Shown one piece after another: positions 49,458 to 59,503 of a DNA stretch of 64,000 bases; positions within the stretch are counted from its first letter, which is position 1, and the number at the start of each line of letters is the position of its first letter. Position numbers and translations under genes: made by a program. Source of the DNA: an uncultured Gemmatimonadaceae bacterium (GTDB taxonomy: Bacteria; Gemmatimonadota; Gemmatimonadetes; Gemmatimonadales; Gemmatimonadaceae). The notes below the pieces were generated by a model. It searched no databases and was not told the origin of the DNA. It saw nothing but the letters and a program-made list of their open reading frames with translations. The stretch is taken from assembly GCA_963829055.1 (NCBI GenBank), contig CAWHHI010000011.1, forward strand, positions 512,001 through 576,000. The letters are read 5' to 3'.

Positions 49458-52400
49458 GTGTTCGCTGAGCTTCGAGCGCATACCGGCTTCTCGTTCGGCG
49501 ACGGCACCATCACGCCCGAACGGCTCGTCGACCGCGCCATCGCGTTAGGCTTCACCGCCATCGGCGTCACCGACACCGCCGACCTCGGCGGCATCCCCCG
49601 CTTCGTGAACGCCGCGCGTCTGAGCGGCAAGCTGCGACCCATCGTCGGCGTCGAGCTCCGCGTGGATGGCCGACCCGCCGCGTTCCTCGCCCGCACCGCC
49701 GAAGGCTACCGCAACCTCGCCGCGCTCGTCACCCGCGCGCGCATGGGCGCGTGGGCGAGCTGGACCAAGACCAACGGCCAGGACCGCCGCGGCAGGCCTA
49801 ACGTGACGTGGCGCGAAGTCGCCGAGCTCAGCGTCGGGCTGCACGCGCTCACCGGACCCGCGACCGGCCCCATCGCCGCCACCGTCCGCGCCGGTGATCG
49901 CGCGAACGCGCGCCGCATGCTCGACGAATGGCGCGAGGTATTCGGTGAGCGACTCGCCGTCGAAGTGCAACTGCACTACACCGGCGGCGCCGAGGGCGCA
50001 CTCGCTGGCGCGCTCGTCGACCTCGCCGAGCGACGCAAGATTCCCTGGGTCGTCGCGCATGACCCGCGCTACATCGACAACGACGGCCGACTCGTGCACG
50101 ATGCGCTCACGGCGCTGCGCTACAACGTCGACGTCGATACCGCGACCAAGGGCGGCTTCCTCCATCCGAACGGCGAGTGGCGCCTCCTCTCTCCGGAGGA
50201 GATGGGGCGCCGGTGGCAGGGCCGCGAGCAGGGCATCGAGGAGAGCGCGCGCATCGCCGCCGAATGCGGCGACTTCGAGCTCGGGTGGATGCGTCCGCCG
50301 ATGCCGAAGTTCCCCGTGCCGGGTCGCCACACCGACGAGAGCTTCCTCGAGGAGCGAGTCTACATCGGCGCGAAGGAGCGATGGGGAGACACGCTGAGCG
50401 ACGCGCAGGTTGCGCAGATCCAGAAAGAGCTCGGCGTCATCGGCCGCCTCGGATTTGCCGGCTTCTTTCTCGTCATGTGGGATGCGGTGCACTACGCCCA
50501 GGAGAAGGGCATCCTCTGTCAGGGTCGGGGCAGCGCCGCCAATTCGGTGATCGCGTACCTGCTTGGCATCACGGCCGTGGATCCGGTGCGACATGGCTTG
50601 CTGTTCGAACGCTTTCTCTCCGAAACGCGCGCCGACGGCAAGACCGCCGAGCCGCCGGACATCGACGTCGACTTCGAGCACGACCGGCGTGAGGAAGTCC
50701 TCGACTACGTCTACGAGAAATACGAGCGGTCGAAGGCGGCGATTACGTGCACCGTCCAGAATTATCGGGCGCCTAACGCCATACTGGACGCGATGCGCGC
50801 GTTCGGTTATCCCGCGGAGTTGGCCGTGCAGTTCTCCAAGCGGCTGCACTATTCGGAGCCCGCGGACGCCGTCACGGCGATGCGCGACGGGCTGGCGAAG
50901 CGGTTCGAGCTCGACATCGAGGGGCCACGCGGCCGCGCCCTGCTCGCCGCCATCGGGGCATTCGATGGGCTGCCGCGGCTTCGCTCCACACATGTCGGTG
51001 GATTCGTGCTGTCATCGGCGTCGTTAGGCGACTACATGCCCATCGAGCAGACGACCATGGGACGCACGATCATCCAGTTCGACAAGGACGACCTGGACAT
51101 GATCGGCGTGCCGAAGTTCGACTTCCTCGGACTCGGCGCCCTGTCACTCGTGCGCTACGCGTTCGATGAGATCGAGCGGCGCACGGGCAACCGGCCAGCC
51201 ATGTATCGATTGCCGCCGGACGACGCGAAGACGTACGACCTCATCTCCCGCGGCGAGACGATCGGTACGTTCCAGATCGAGAGCCGCGCGCAGATCGCGT
51301 CCATCCTGCACACGAAGCCCGAACGGCTCTACGACATCGTCGTGCAGGTCGCGCTCATCCGTCCCGGCCCTATCCAGGCGAAGTTCGTCCGCCCCTACAC
51401 GCGCAGGCGGCGCGGACAGGAGGAGGTGTTCTACCAGCATCCCAATCTGCGGCCGATTCTCGAGCGCACGCAGGGCATCCCGATCTTCCAGGAGCAGGCG
51501 ATGGCGGTGTCGATGGCGTTAGGCGGCTTCAGTGCCGCCGAGGCTGACGAGCTGCGTCGCACGATGGGCCACATGCGGAAGAAAGGGAGACTCGTGTCGG
51601 TGCTCGAGAAGCTCGAGGCGCGCATGATCGCGAACGAGGTCGCCCCGGACATCGCGCATCAGATCTGCGAAGACCTGCAGAGCTTCGCCAACTATGGATT
51701 CCCCGAGTCGCACGCGTGGAGCTTTGCGCTGATAGCGTACGCGACGGCGTGGCTCAAGACGCACCACCCGACGGAGTTCTACTTCGGCATCCTCAACGCG
51801 TGGCCCATGGGCTTCTACTCGCCGGCGACGTTGATCCATGATGCCGGTCGTCATCGGGTAGAAGTGCGGCCGCCCTGCATGCGTGACGGTCAGCGCATGT
51901 GTACGACCGAGGAGACCGACGATCCGGCGCGCCCTGCCCTGCGTGTGGGCTGGCGTTATGTGCATGGCATCGGGGAGAAAGCGCTCGATGCGCTCGAGGC
52001 GGCCTGGAAGCTCGGGCGGTTCACGTCCATCGAGGACGTCGTGCGCCGAGCGAGCCTCGGCCGATCCGATGCGCTGTATCTCGCACGCGCGGCGGCGTTC
52101 AACGCCTGGGAACCCGACCGTCGCAAGGCTGGCTGGGAGGCGCTCCGCTGTGTGAGCGACACGCTCCCGCTCGCGCCGGCGCGTCCCGCGCATCATTCGC
52201 CGCGCGTGCTCGACCAGACCGAGACGATTTTCCTCGACTACGCGACGACGGGCACGAGCATCCACGGGCATCCGATGCAGCATCTGCGCGAATTTCTCAC
52301 GTCGCGCGGCGCGAAGAGCAGCGCCGACCTGCCATCGCTTCGTGGAGGCGAGACGATCGCCATCGCCGGACTGGTGACGGTGCGTCAGCGTCCGCAGACG

Positions 52401-52625
52401 GCGAAGGGGACGTTGTTCCTGCTGCTGGAGGACGAGTTCGGCTTCATCAACGTGATCGTGCCGAACACGCTCGTGGAGGATAACGCCGAGGTCGTGAAGT
52501 TCGCGCCGTTCATTGCCGTGCAGGGCCAGTTCCAGCGCGACGGGCAGGTGATGAACGTGGTGGGACGCCGCTTCCGCGCGCTGCGTACGCACGAGATCGC
52601 GACGAAGTCACGCGACTTTCGCTGA
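49458..52625 (+). CDS. dnaE2: Error-prone DNA polymerase DnaE2 (ImuC)
   Basis: PHP domain, GRGSAANS, PPDIDVDFEH, HVGG, KFDFLGLG, FQIESRAQ, YGFPESHA, C-terminal SRDFR motif typical of DnaE2. Confidence 0.96.
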   Translation: MFAELRAHTGFSFGDGTITPERLVDRAIALGFTAIGVTDTADLGGIPRFVNAARLSGKLRPIVGVELRVDGRPAAFLARTAEGYRNLAALVTRARMGAWASWTKTNGQDRRGRPNVTWREVAELSVGLHALTGPATGPIAATVRAGDRANARRMLDEWREVFGERLAVEVQLHYTGGAEGALAGALVDLAERRKIPWVVAHDPRYIDNDGRLVHDALTALRYNVDVDTATKGGFLHPNGEWRLLSPEEMGRRWQGREQGIEESARIAAECGDFELGWMRPPMPKFPVPGRHTDESFLEERVYIGAKERWGDTLSDAQVAQIQKELGVIGRLGFAGFFLVMWDAVHYAQEKGILCQGRGSAANSVIAYLLGITAVDPVRHGLLFERFLSETRADGKTAEPPDIDVDFEHDRREEVLDYVYEKYERSKAAITCTVQNYRAPNAILDAMRAFGYPAELAVQFSKRLHYSEPADAVTAMRDGLAKRFELDIEGPRGRALLAAIGAFDGLPRLRSTHVGGFVLSSASLGDYMPIEQTTMGRTIIQFDKDDLDMIGVPKFDFLGLGALSLVRYAFDEIERRTGNRPAMYRLPPDDAKTYDLISRGETIGTFQIESRAQIASILHTKPERLYDIVVQVALIRPGPIQAKFVRPYTRRRRGQEEVFYQHPNLRPILERTQGIPIFQEQAMAVSMALGGFSAAEADELRRTMGHMRKKGRLVSVLEKLEARMIANEVAPDIAHQICEDLQSFANYGFPESHAWSFALIAYATAWLKTHHPTEFYFGILNAWPMGFYSPATLIHDAGRHRVEVRPPCMRDGQRMCTTEETDDPARPALRVGWRYVHGIGEKALDALEAAWKLGRFTSIEDVVRRASLGRSDALYLARAAAFNAWEPDRRKAGWEALRCVSDTLPLAPARPAHHSPRVLDQTETIFLDYATTGTSIHGHPMQHLREFLTSRGAKSSADLPSLRGGETIAIAGLVTVRQRPQTAKGTLFLLLEDEFGFINVIVPNTLVEDNAEVVKFAPFIAVQGQFQRDGQVMNVVGRRFRALRTHEIATKSRDFR

Positions 52626-52655
52626 AGCACTGGTGGCATCTCGATGCGACAGGGT

Positions 52656-52702
52656 TGTCATCCCGAGCGCCCCGTTGTCATCCCGAGCGCAGCGAGGGAT
52701 CT
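52656..52702. repeat. Two tandem REP left arms (TGTCATCCCGAGCGC)
   Basis: Seen directly; no adjacent partner arm. Confidence 0.8.
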
Positions 52703-52710
52703 TCATCGTC

Positions 52711-53091
52711 ATGAACACGCTCGCGCATCTTCTCGTCGATCTGCTGTCGACCGCGCCCGGGCTGGTCCCGATCTACCGCGAGCATCTCGCGCTGCATGAC
52801 GCGTTGCACCCGGAGATGTTCATCGCGCAGGTGGCGGCGTGGCTCAGCGGCACCCTGCATGCTGCCGGTGAGCAGACGATTCCAGGTGGCGCTGGTGGCC
52901 ACGTTGCGCGGACGCTCGTCGAGGTGATCGAAACGCACCTGACAACCGGAGACGCGGAGGTCCGCGAGCTCATCGCGCTGACGTTCCTCGACTCGGTAGA
53001 CGCGGGCCCGGCGAACGAGGTCCTCCGACTACACTTCGGACCATCGCTCCGCGCCGAGGTGGCGCGACGCGACGGCTGGTCGGTGAATTGA
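52711..53091 (+). CDS. Small helical hypothetical protein (DUF7674-like)
   Basis: E...GDAEVRELIALTFLDS...FGPSLR pattern; family assignment from memory only. Confidence 0.6.
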   Translation: MNTLAHLLVDLLSTAPGLVPIYREHLALHDALHPEMFIAQVAAWLSGTLHAAGEQTIPGGAGGHVARTLVEVIETHLTTGDAEVRELIALTFLDSVDAGPANEVLRLHFGPSLRAEVARRDGWSVN

Positions 53092-53108
53092 CTTCAACAA
53101 AAACGTGG

Positions 53109-53267
53109 TGTCATCCCGAGCGTCAGCGAGGGATCTTCTGTGAAGTACTCGTGGCCGGACTGGCCACGATGACGGCAAACAAGATCCCTCGCTGACGCTC
53201 GGGATGACAATTGCTGTCGCTCGGGATGACAGCCGCTCGGGATGACAACCCGTCGCTCGGGATGACA
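53109..53267. repeat. REP-like palindrome plus three extra right arms (GCTCGGGATGACA)
   Basis: TGTCATCCCGAGCGTCAGCGAGGGATCTT / AAGATCCCTCGCTGACGCTCGGGATGACA, then three tandem arms. Confidence 0.9.
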
Positions 53268-53278
53268 TAACGGATCCA

Positions 53279-53980
53279 GTGGCCGACCTCACCAACGCGC
53301 TCGTCTACTACGTCGTCTTCCTGCTCTCCACCACGCTGCACGAGGCGGCGCATGCGTGGGCAGCGGCACGCGGGGGAGATCTGACCGCCTACCACGGCGG
53401 GCAGGTATCGCTCGATCCCATTCCGCACATCCGCCGCGAGCCATTCGGGATGCTCATCCTCCCGCTCGCGAGCGCGCTCATGACCGGGTGGCCGTTCGGG
53501 TACGCCAGCGCGCCGTTCGACCCGCAATGGGCGATGCGCCATCCGAAGCGCGCCGCGCTCATGTCGCTCGCCGGCCCCGGCGCAAACCTGCTGCTCGTCG
53601 TGCTCGCGGCCGCGCTGATCCGTGCCGGCGTCGCCGCCGACGTGTTCTACGCGCCGAGCAGCATCCGCTTCGGCGAGGTCACCGCCAGCAATGCCGAGGG
53701 TGTGTGGCCCGCGCTGGCGGTGATGGTGAGTGCGTTCTTCTCGCTCAACCTGCTGCTGGCGGCGTTCAACCTGCTGCCGTTTCCGCCACTCGACGGCAGC
53801 GGCGCGGTACCGATCCTCCTCAGCGACAACGCTGCTCGCAAATATCAGACGTTCATGTGGAGCAACCGCGCCTTCGGGCTGCTCGGGCTCGTCCTCGCCT
53901 GGCAGTTCTTCAAGTACGTGTTCGACCCTGTGTTCTTCGGCGCGGTCAACCTGCTGTACCCGGGTATGCGCTACGGCTGA
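53279..53980 (+). CDS. Site-2 protease (M50) family protein
   Basis: HEAAH, SLAGPGAN, FNLLPFPPLDG. Confidence 0.93.
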   Translation: MADLTNALVYYVVFLLSTTLHEAAHAWAAARGGDLTAYHGGQVSLDPIPHIRREPFGMLILPLASALMTGWPFGYASAPFDPQWAMRHPKRAALMSLAGPGANLLLVVLAAALIRAGVAADVFYAPSSIRFGEVTASNAEGVWPALAVMVSAFFSLNLLLAAFNLLPFPPLDGSGAVPILLSDNAARKYQTFMWSNRAFGLLGLVLAWQFFKYVFDPVFFGAVNLLYPGMRYG

Positions 53981-54141
53981 CGACAGCGGGCGTTAGGCGC
54001 GCCAACGAGCGCGCGACGTCCGGCGTCCGACGAAAGGCCGATTCACCCCCCAACCATCGTTGGGGTCAAGTCCAGCCATCCGACCAGCCCCGTTGTGAAC
54101 GACGCCAGGCAAATTGCGCGCAGCATTCAACCCATTTGCCC

Positions 54142-54663
54142 ATGTCGCTCATCGCATTTTCACTATTCGCGCTCACGCTCCCGTCCGCCGCACCTAACGC
54201 CGATTCCACACGACGCCTGGTCCGGACGCCGCAACGAATCGTCTCCACCGCCGCCGACTCCGTCCGGCGGAGACCGCCGGCCGCCCGCGAAGGATCTGTC
54301 GACGCGTTGGGCCTCACTCCCGCGACGACAACCACACCGACGACAGCGGCCTCACCATCGCCCCGCGTAGCGAGCTTTTCGTGGCCGGGCGTCTACGACC
54401 TCGTCGGCTCGGGATTTCCAGAGGGCGACCGAATGGCCGTCCTGGAGATTGGCCGGAAGGACACCTCGTACACGCTACAGAAACTCAGCGGACCGCCGGG
54501 GAACGCGACAATATTTCAGGTCACCGGCAATCGGGCGCACATCGTGTGGAACCTCGGCACCGACCTGATGTACGTTGACCTGCGAGGGTCGGGCGACTCC
54601 CTCACCGGCGAGTGGTTCATCGGCGACGAAGGGGGACCGCTGCGGGGCGCTCGGCGACGCTGA
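54142..54663 (+). CDS. Hypothetical exported protein
   Basis: Signal-like N-terminus, Thr/Pro linker, beta-rich C-terminus (WPGVYDL...LTGEW...LRGARR). Confidence 0.6.
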   Translation: MSLIAFSLFALTLPSAAPNADSTRRLVRTPQRIVSTAADSVRRRPPAAREGSVDALGLTPATTTTPTTAASPSPRVASFSWPGVYDLVGSGFPEGDRMAVLEIGRKDTSYTLQKLSGPPGNATIFQVTGNRAHIVWNLGTDLMYVDLRGSGDSLTGEWFIGDEGGPLRGARRR

Positions 54664-54773
54664 TCGACTCGCGAGACCGGTGACCGTTGCGAGCGAGCGC
54701 GCATCGCACGACCATTCAACCGACGGGCACGCGACTGCGGCGCGCTCGTCGGTTGTGACATTGGAGGACGATC

Positions 54774-55364
54774 ATGGGATGGTGGCGTGATGCAGTCGCA
54801 CGCGCGAAGGAGCAGATGATGATGGAAACTCGAACTATTCGCGGCGTGGCCGTGACGGTGCTCAACACGCGCCCGGACATCGAAACGAGCCGCGTATTCG
54901 AGCGGCTCGACGGCGCGCTCGGCGTCATCGAACGGTATCAGCCACACCGGCTGCGACGATTTCGGCGCGACGTGCGCGGCATCATCGTCAAACGGTTTGC
55001 CTGTCGCGCGGCGTTCTTCGGCGATACACGGCAGTGTCTGATCGAGCTCACGTTCGCGGGCGAGGGGAACTTCTCCGACGCTCAGGTCGCCGCGTCGATC
55101 GTGCACGAAGGTGTACACGCGCGACTCCTCACCATGGGACTCGCCGGTCATCCAGGGTGTCAGGCGCGTGAAGAACGGCTGTGTCGCAAGGCGGAGCTGG
55201 AACTGGGCCTCGCGGTACCGGGCGCCGATGCGGTCGTCGACCGCGCGCTCGCGTCGCTCGAGCTCGACGATCCGGAGGTCGCACCGGCGGTCGACTGGCG
55301 CATCGCCGAGCAGCGCATTGCCGAGGCGGATGCCGCGGCGGCGCGGCGGCGGTCGGACGCGTGA
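54774..55364 (+). CDS. Hypothetical protein with HExxH motif (zincin-like)
   Basis: GGAGG RBS; SIVHEGVHARL...REERLC. Confidence 0.65.
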   Translation: MGWWRDAVARAKEQMMMETRTIRGVAVTVLNTRPDIETSRVFERLDGALGVIERYQPHRLRRFRRDVRGIIVKRFACRAAFFGDTRQCLIELTFAGEGNFSDAQVAASIVHEGVHARLLTMGLAGHPGCQAREERLCRKAELELGLAVPGADAVVDRALASLELDDPEVAPAVDWRIAEQRIAEADAAAARRRSDA

Positions 55365-55858
55365 CCGACGTCGCCGTCGACACACGCGCCAACGGGCCGG
55401 ACGATGCGCCCGTCGAGTCGGTGCGCGGCGAGTACACCATCTCGACCGACCGCGCGCGGATCGACGTCCCGGCCGTGCATGCGTTCCTGTCGCAGACGTA
55501 CTGGTCACCGGGCATCCCCGAGTCGGTCGTTAGGCGCGCGATCGCCGGCGCGATCTGCTTCGGCATCTATCACGGGCGCGACCAGGTCGGGTTCGCACGC
55601 GTGATCACCGATCGAGCGACATACGCGTACCTCTCGGACGTCTACGTACTCGAAGCGCATCGCGGACGCGGGCTCGCGAAGTGGCTGATGGACGTCATCA
55701 TGTCGCACCCGTCGCTGCAGGGACTGCGTCGCTTCTCACTCTCGACGCGAGACGCACACGGCTTGTACGCGCAGTTCGGGTTCGAGGTCGTCGGGAATCC
55801 CGATCGGCAGATGGAAATAATGCGGCGCGACATTTACCTGCGTTCGCCCGAGCGTTGA
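55361..55858 (+). CDS. GNAT family N-acetyltransferase
   Basis: QVGFARVITD, YLSDVYVLEAHRGRGLAKWL, DAHGLYAQFGF. Confidence 0.92.
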   Translation: MTDVAVDTRANGPDDAPVESVRGEYTISTDRARIDVPAVHAFLSQTYWSPGIPESVVRRAIAGAICFGIYHGRDQVGFARVITDRATYAYLSDVYVLEAHRGRGLAKWLMDVIMSHPSLQGLRRFSLSTRDAHGLYAQFGFEVVGNPDRQMEIMRRDIYLRSPER

Positions 55859-56436
55859 CGCGACTGCTCCGAGTGCTCGCGTCGGCCGGGCTCGTCGCGA
55901 TCGCGTCGTGCGCCGCGGCCGCCGAACGCGCCAGCGACTCCACCGACGCCGCGTCCGCCGCGCCCACCACCGCAGTATCCGGAACGCCGCCGGACAGCGC
56001 GACGGTGGTCGCAGCCACCGAGGCGTTGCGCCAATTCCTCGACGCATCCCGGGAAGGTTCATCCACACGTGCATCGCTGGCGCGTCTCACAGCGTGCGCG
56101 GAAGGGAATGACTCGCCGCCCGGCCCCATGCTCGCCTCGTTCGAGTTGTTGCCGAGTACCGCACGCGCCGACACGGTCGTCGGACGCGCCGTCGTAACTA
56201 CCGTCGCCGATCAGGATGTGGATCGCCAGCATCCCGGGTACTTCGTGGCGCGATTGCGCGTGCGATCGGACACACTCGAGTGGGACGTGCTGCGCTCCGA
56301 ATCGGGCGACTGGACGGTGTGCAACGGCCTGCGGTTCGGACTCACGGCGCCGGACAGCCTCACGACGTGGCGGCCTAACGGCGCGTCATCAGCGGCGGCG
56401 CGCGCGCTCGCCGACTCGGTCGGCGCTCGCCGCTGA
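55855..56436 (+). CDS. Hypothetical lipoprotein
   Basis: TTGA overlap with the GNAT stop; lipobox-like AIASC. Confidence 0.6.
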   Translation: MTRLLRVLASAGLVAIASCAAAAERASDSTDAASAAPTTAVSGTPPDSATVVAATEALRQFLDASREGSSTRASLARLTACAEGNDSPPGPMLASFELLPSTARADTVVGRAVVTTVADQDVDRQHPGYFVARLRVRSDTLEWDVLRSESGDWTVCNGLRFGLTAPDSLTTWRPNGASSAAARALADSVGARR

Positions 56437-56444
56437 TCGCTCGT

Positions 56445-57062
56445 ATGTCGCCCCGAGCTCGCACCGTGTCCGACGCGACGATCCTCGTCGCGACCGCCCG
56501 CATGATCTCTCGCGTCGGGCCGGCACGCCTAACGCTGGCGGATGTCGGCGATGAAGTCGGCCTCGCGCCGGCAACGCTGCTCCAGCGGTTCGGCTCGAAA
56601 CGCGGGCTGCTCATCGCGCTCGTCCAGCAGACGCTGGAATCCGTTGATGACTCGTTCACTTCCGTGCGTGCATCGCGGCACAGTGCGCTCGACGCCGCAA
56701 TCGCGGCGGCGGGGACCATGGCGGAGCACGTCCGCACGCCGGAGGAGTTGGCGAACAACCTCGCCTTCTTCCAGATCGACCTCAGCGATGCCGAATTCCA
56801 TCGACTCGCGCTGGAGCACTCTCGTCGCGTGCGGGCGGGCTATCAGGCGCTTCTACAGGAGGCGATCACCGTGGGCGAGCTGATCGAGTGCGACGCCGGA
56901 GCGCTGGCGAGCGCGTTGCAGGCGGTTGCCGCCGGCTCCCTGCTCAACTGGGCGATCCACCGCGATGGCCCAGTGGCCGATTGGGTGCGAGCCGACATCG
57001 AAACGCTGATCACGCCGTATCGCGCCGCCACCGTGACGCCGGCGCTGACACGACGCCGCTGA
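56445..57062 (+). CDS. TetR/AcrR family transcriptional regulator
   Basis: HTH LTLADVGDEVGLAPATLLQRFGSKRGLL. Confidence 0.92.
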   Translation: MSPRARTVSDATILVATARMISRVGPARLTLADVGDEVGLAPATLLQRFGSKRGLLIALVQQTLESVDDSFTSVRASRHSALDAAIAAAGTMAEHVRTPEELANNLAFFQIDLSDAEFHRLALEHSRRVRAGYQALLQEAITVGELIECDAGALASALQAVAAGSLLNWAIHRDGPVADWVRADIETLITPYRAATVTPALTRRR

Positions 57063-57066
57063 TGTC

Positions 57067-59136
57067 TCAGTTCGGCTTGATTGGGAATTCGGGCTTGCGT
57101 ATCGCCATCGAGTCGACCGAGACGGGGCGCCAATCGACCTGGTCGAGCGCGGCGACCGTCGACGACACGAGGTCCGCGAGACCAGCCATCGGGTTTTGCA
57201 TGTCGATTGGCTTGCTCTCGACCACACGCAAGACGCGATTCCGCTGCACGTCGAACAGCTGCAGCTGCAGCACGATGGCAGAGTCGGAGCGCGGGTAGTA
57301 CAGGCCTGTCATGACCGCGCCTGCTCCTACGGCACGCGCGAGTGCCATGCGCGTCCGCGATGCATAGAAGCGCGGATCGGTGAGCGTCGCCGCGTCGACG
57401 GCGTCATAGCCCGGTCGTGCCGCTATGGCGCGACGGAGACTGTCGGAGATGGCCAACGCCACGCCCGCGAGGTCGCGTCGCAGCGTCGAGTTGCGCGCGG
57501 CACCGATCAGCACACGCCGGACGCCCGGCGGCGGCGGTGGCACGGGCGGCGTTTCCGACGGCGCGATGCGATACACCGTCGCCCCGGGGGCGTTAGGGTC
57601 GGGCACCGGGCGCGGACCGCCAGCGGCACCGGGCACGCCCGTGACTCCTGGAACGTTAGGCATTGTCGCCGACATCCTCGCCAACTCGCGGAACTTCTCG
57701 ATCTCCTTCGGATCGAAGCCGGGTGGCATCTCGCCGCGCCGTTCGCCGCGCCGCAGCGCTCCGACGATTCGCATCAGCGAATCGCTCAGCGCCTTTTCGA
57801 AGCGCAGCGACAACGAATCCGCGAGCGCGCGCTCGCCTTTCGCCACCTGCGAATCACGCCGCGCCGTCACGCGCTTGCGGATCGCGTCGGCGATCGCCAG
57901 CGACTCCGCACGCGTGAGCACGATCGGCGCCCGTGCGGCCGAGTCGGCGAACGGACGGGTCGAGGCACCGCTCGGCACTGGCACCGTGGCGGTGGCGGGA
58001 GCCGTCGCCGTGGCGGTCACCGACGCCGCCGCGCCGGTCCCGCTGCGGCGCCACGTGCCTAACGCCACAGCGACGCCGCCAACGACCACCAGCAGCGCGC
58101 CGGCAACGAGCGCGCGTCGTTGTCCAGCCGCGCGTGCCGCCGGCCCCTTCGCGGTCACCGCGCCGGACCCCACCGTACCTCCGGGTGGCGTAGACACCCC
58201 ATCCAGCTCGTCCAGCAGCGCGTTCGCCGTCTGCGGACGATGCTCGGGCAGCTTCTCCAGGCACCGCATGATCACCGCCGACAGTGCCGGCGGCACATCG
58301 TCGCGGATCGTGTCGAGCGGGTCGGGAACGCGCGTGAGCTGCGCCGCCATCGTCGCCTGCGGTGAGGTCCCGACGAACGGCGATTGCCCCGACAGCAGCT
58401 CGTACGCGAGCAACCCGACCGCGTAGATGTCGATGCGATGGTCCGCCGCCGGATCGGCCGCGAGTTGCTCGGGTGCCATGTACGCCGGGGTGCCGATGGC
58501 CATCCCCGCCGACGTCATCCCCGACACTGGCATCGCCGCGCTGAGCGCCTTGGCGACACCGAAGTCGGTGACGAGCGCGTGAGCGCCGCGCGCATCGCCT
58601 GTGTACCCGGCGAGCAGGATGTTGCCCGGTTTGATGTCGCGGTGTACGACGCCTCGACCATGCGCATACGCGAGCGCGCCGACCACGTCGTGCAGGATCC
58701 GCAGCACCTCACGCACCGGAAGCCGGCCACGGCGCACGATCGCCGCGCGCAACGACTCGCCCTCGATGAACGGCATCGTGTAGTACAGCAGCTCGCCTTC
58801 AGTCGCCGCGCCCGACGTGATGCTGGTCGCGCGCGACTGTGCGGTCACGTCGTCGGCGGCGGGAGGTGCGTCAGACGACGGGATTCTGCCGGCTGAGAGC
58901 AGCGGGACGATGTGCGGATGCTGGAGCTGCGCCGCGACCTGGATCTCACGCTGGAAGCGCTCGCGGTTCACACCCGCCGAGAGCTCGGGCGGCAGCACTT
59001 TGATGACGACCTTCCGGCCGAGCGCGTGTTCGGTCGCGGCAAAGACGCGACTCATGCCGGCTCCAACCAGCTCGTCGTCTATCCGGTAGGTGGCAGCGAG
59101 CGCTGCGGCGAGGCGGTCGCGGAAGTAGTCGGTCAC
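57067..59136 (-). CDS. Hanks-type Ser/Thr protein kinase with TM helix and C-terminal alpha/beta (TolB_N-like) domain
   Basis: GAGMSRVF, VVIK, HRDIKPGN, DFG, GTPAYMAPE; TM ALVAGALLVVVGGVAVAL. Confidence 0.92.
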   Translation of the reverse strand: MTDYFRDRLAAALAATYRIDDELVGAGMSRVFAATEHALGRKVVIKVLPPELSAGVNRERFQREIQVAAQLQHPHIVPLLSAGRIPSSDAPPAADDVTAQSRATSITSGAATEGELLYYTMPFIEGESLRAAIVRRGRLPVREVLRILHDVVGALAYAHGRGVVHRDIKPGNILLAGYTGDARGAHALVTDFGVAKALSAAMPVSGMTSAGMAIGTPAYMAPEQLAADPAADHRIDIYAVGLLAYELLSGQSPFVGTSPQATMAAQLTRVPDPLDTIRDDVPPALSAVIMRCLEKLPEHRPQTANALLDELDGVSTPPGGTVGSGAVTAKGPAARAAGQRRALVAGALLVVVGGVAVALGTWRRSGTGAAASVTATATAPATATVPVPSGASTRPFADSAARAPIVLTRAESLAIADAIRKRVTARRDSQVAKGERALADSLSLRFEKALSDSLMRIVGALRRGERRGEMPPGFDPKEIEKFRELARMSATMPNVPGVTGVPGAAGGPRPVPDPNAPGATVYRIAPSETPPVPPPPPGVRRVLIGAARNSTLRRDLAGVALAISDSLRRAIAARPGYDAVDAATLTDPRFYASRTRMALARAVGAGAVMTGLYYPRSDSAIVLQLQLFDVQRNRVLRVVESKPIDMQNPMAGLADLVSSTVAALDQVDWRPVSVDSMAIRKPEFPIKPN

Positions 59137-59503
59137 GTCGGACGGCGGGGCTCCGGGCGTAGCGCGAAGAAAGTGGAAGTTATCCGGTGTCGGCGTCGCG
59201 CGTAACGCCACGGGCGACCGCACATCCCTCGGACACATCGGGCCGTCCCATCGGTTCGTCGCTGAAGTTTTCGTAACGCATTCATTACCGTTCCCACACC
59301 CAGACGTGGCACCAATGCACCAGCTAATGGGTATGGTGTAGCTACGGGCGGATTATTCCCGGCATTCATGACGACGAGGGAAACGCTTCTGGCTCGAAGA
59401 TGATCTAATCTTCGAGCAACCTGAGCCAGTTTCCCGCGTTTGCGGGGAAGGAGTGGGCCGGCGGGTAGTCTGCAGCGTGACCTTGGTCTCGGAGCACGAG
59501 TTC

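Noticed and set aside
53109..53267. Repeated GCTCGGGATGACA units as a CRISPR array
   Set aside because: Units are 13 bp with spacers under 10 bp, belong to the dispersed REP family, and no cas genes are present.
57592..57598. Telomere-like TTAGGG repeats
   Set aside because: Copies are isolated, not tandem, and mostly GTTAGGC; resemblance is superficial.
59270..59294. GGAAC-N16-CGAA ECF-like promoter upstream of the minus-strand kinase
   Set aside because: Single degenerate match that could arise by chance; no second supporting site.
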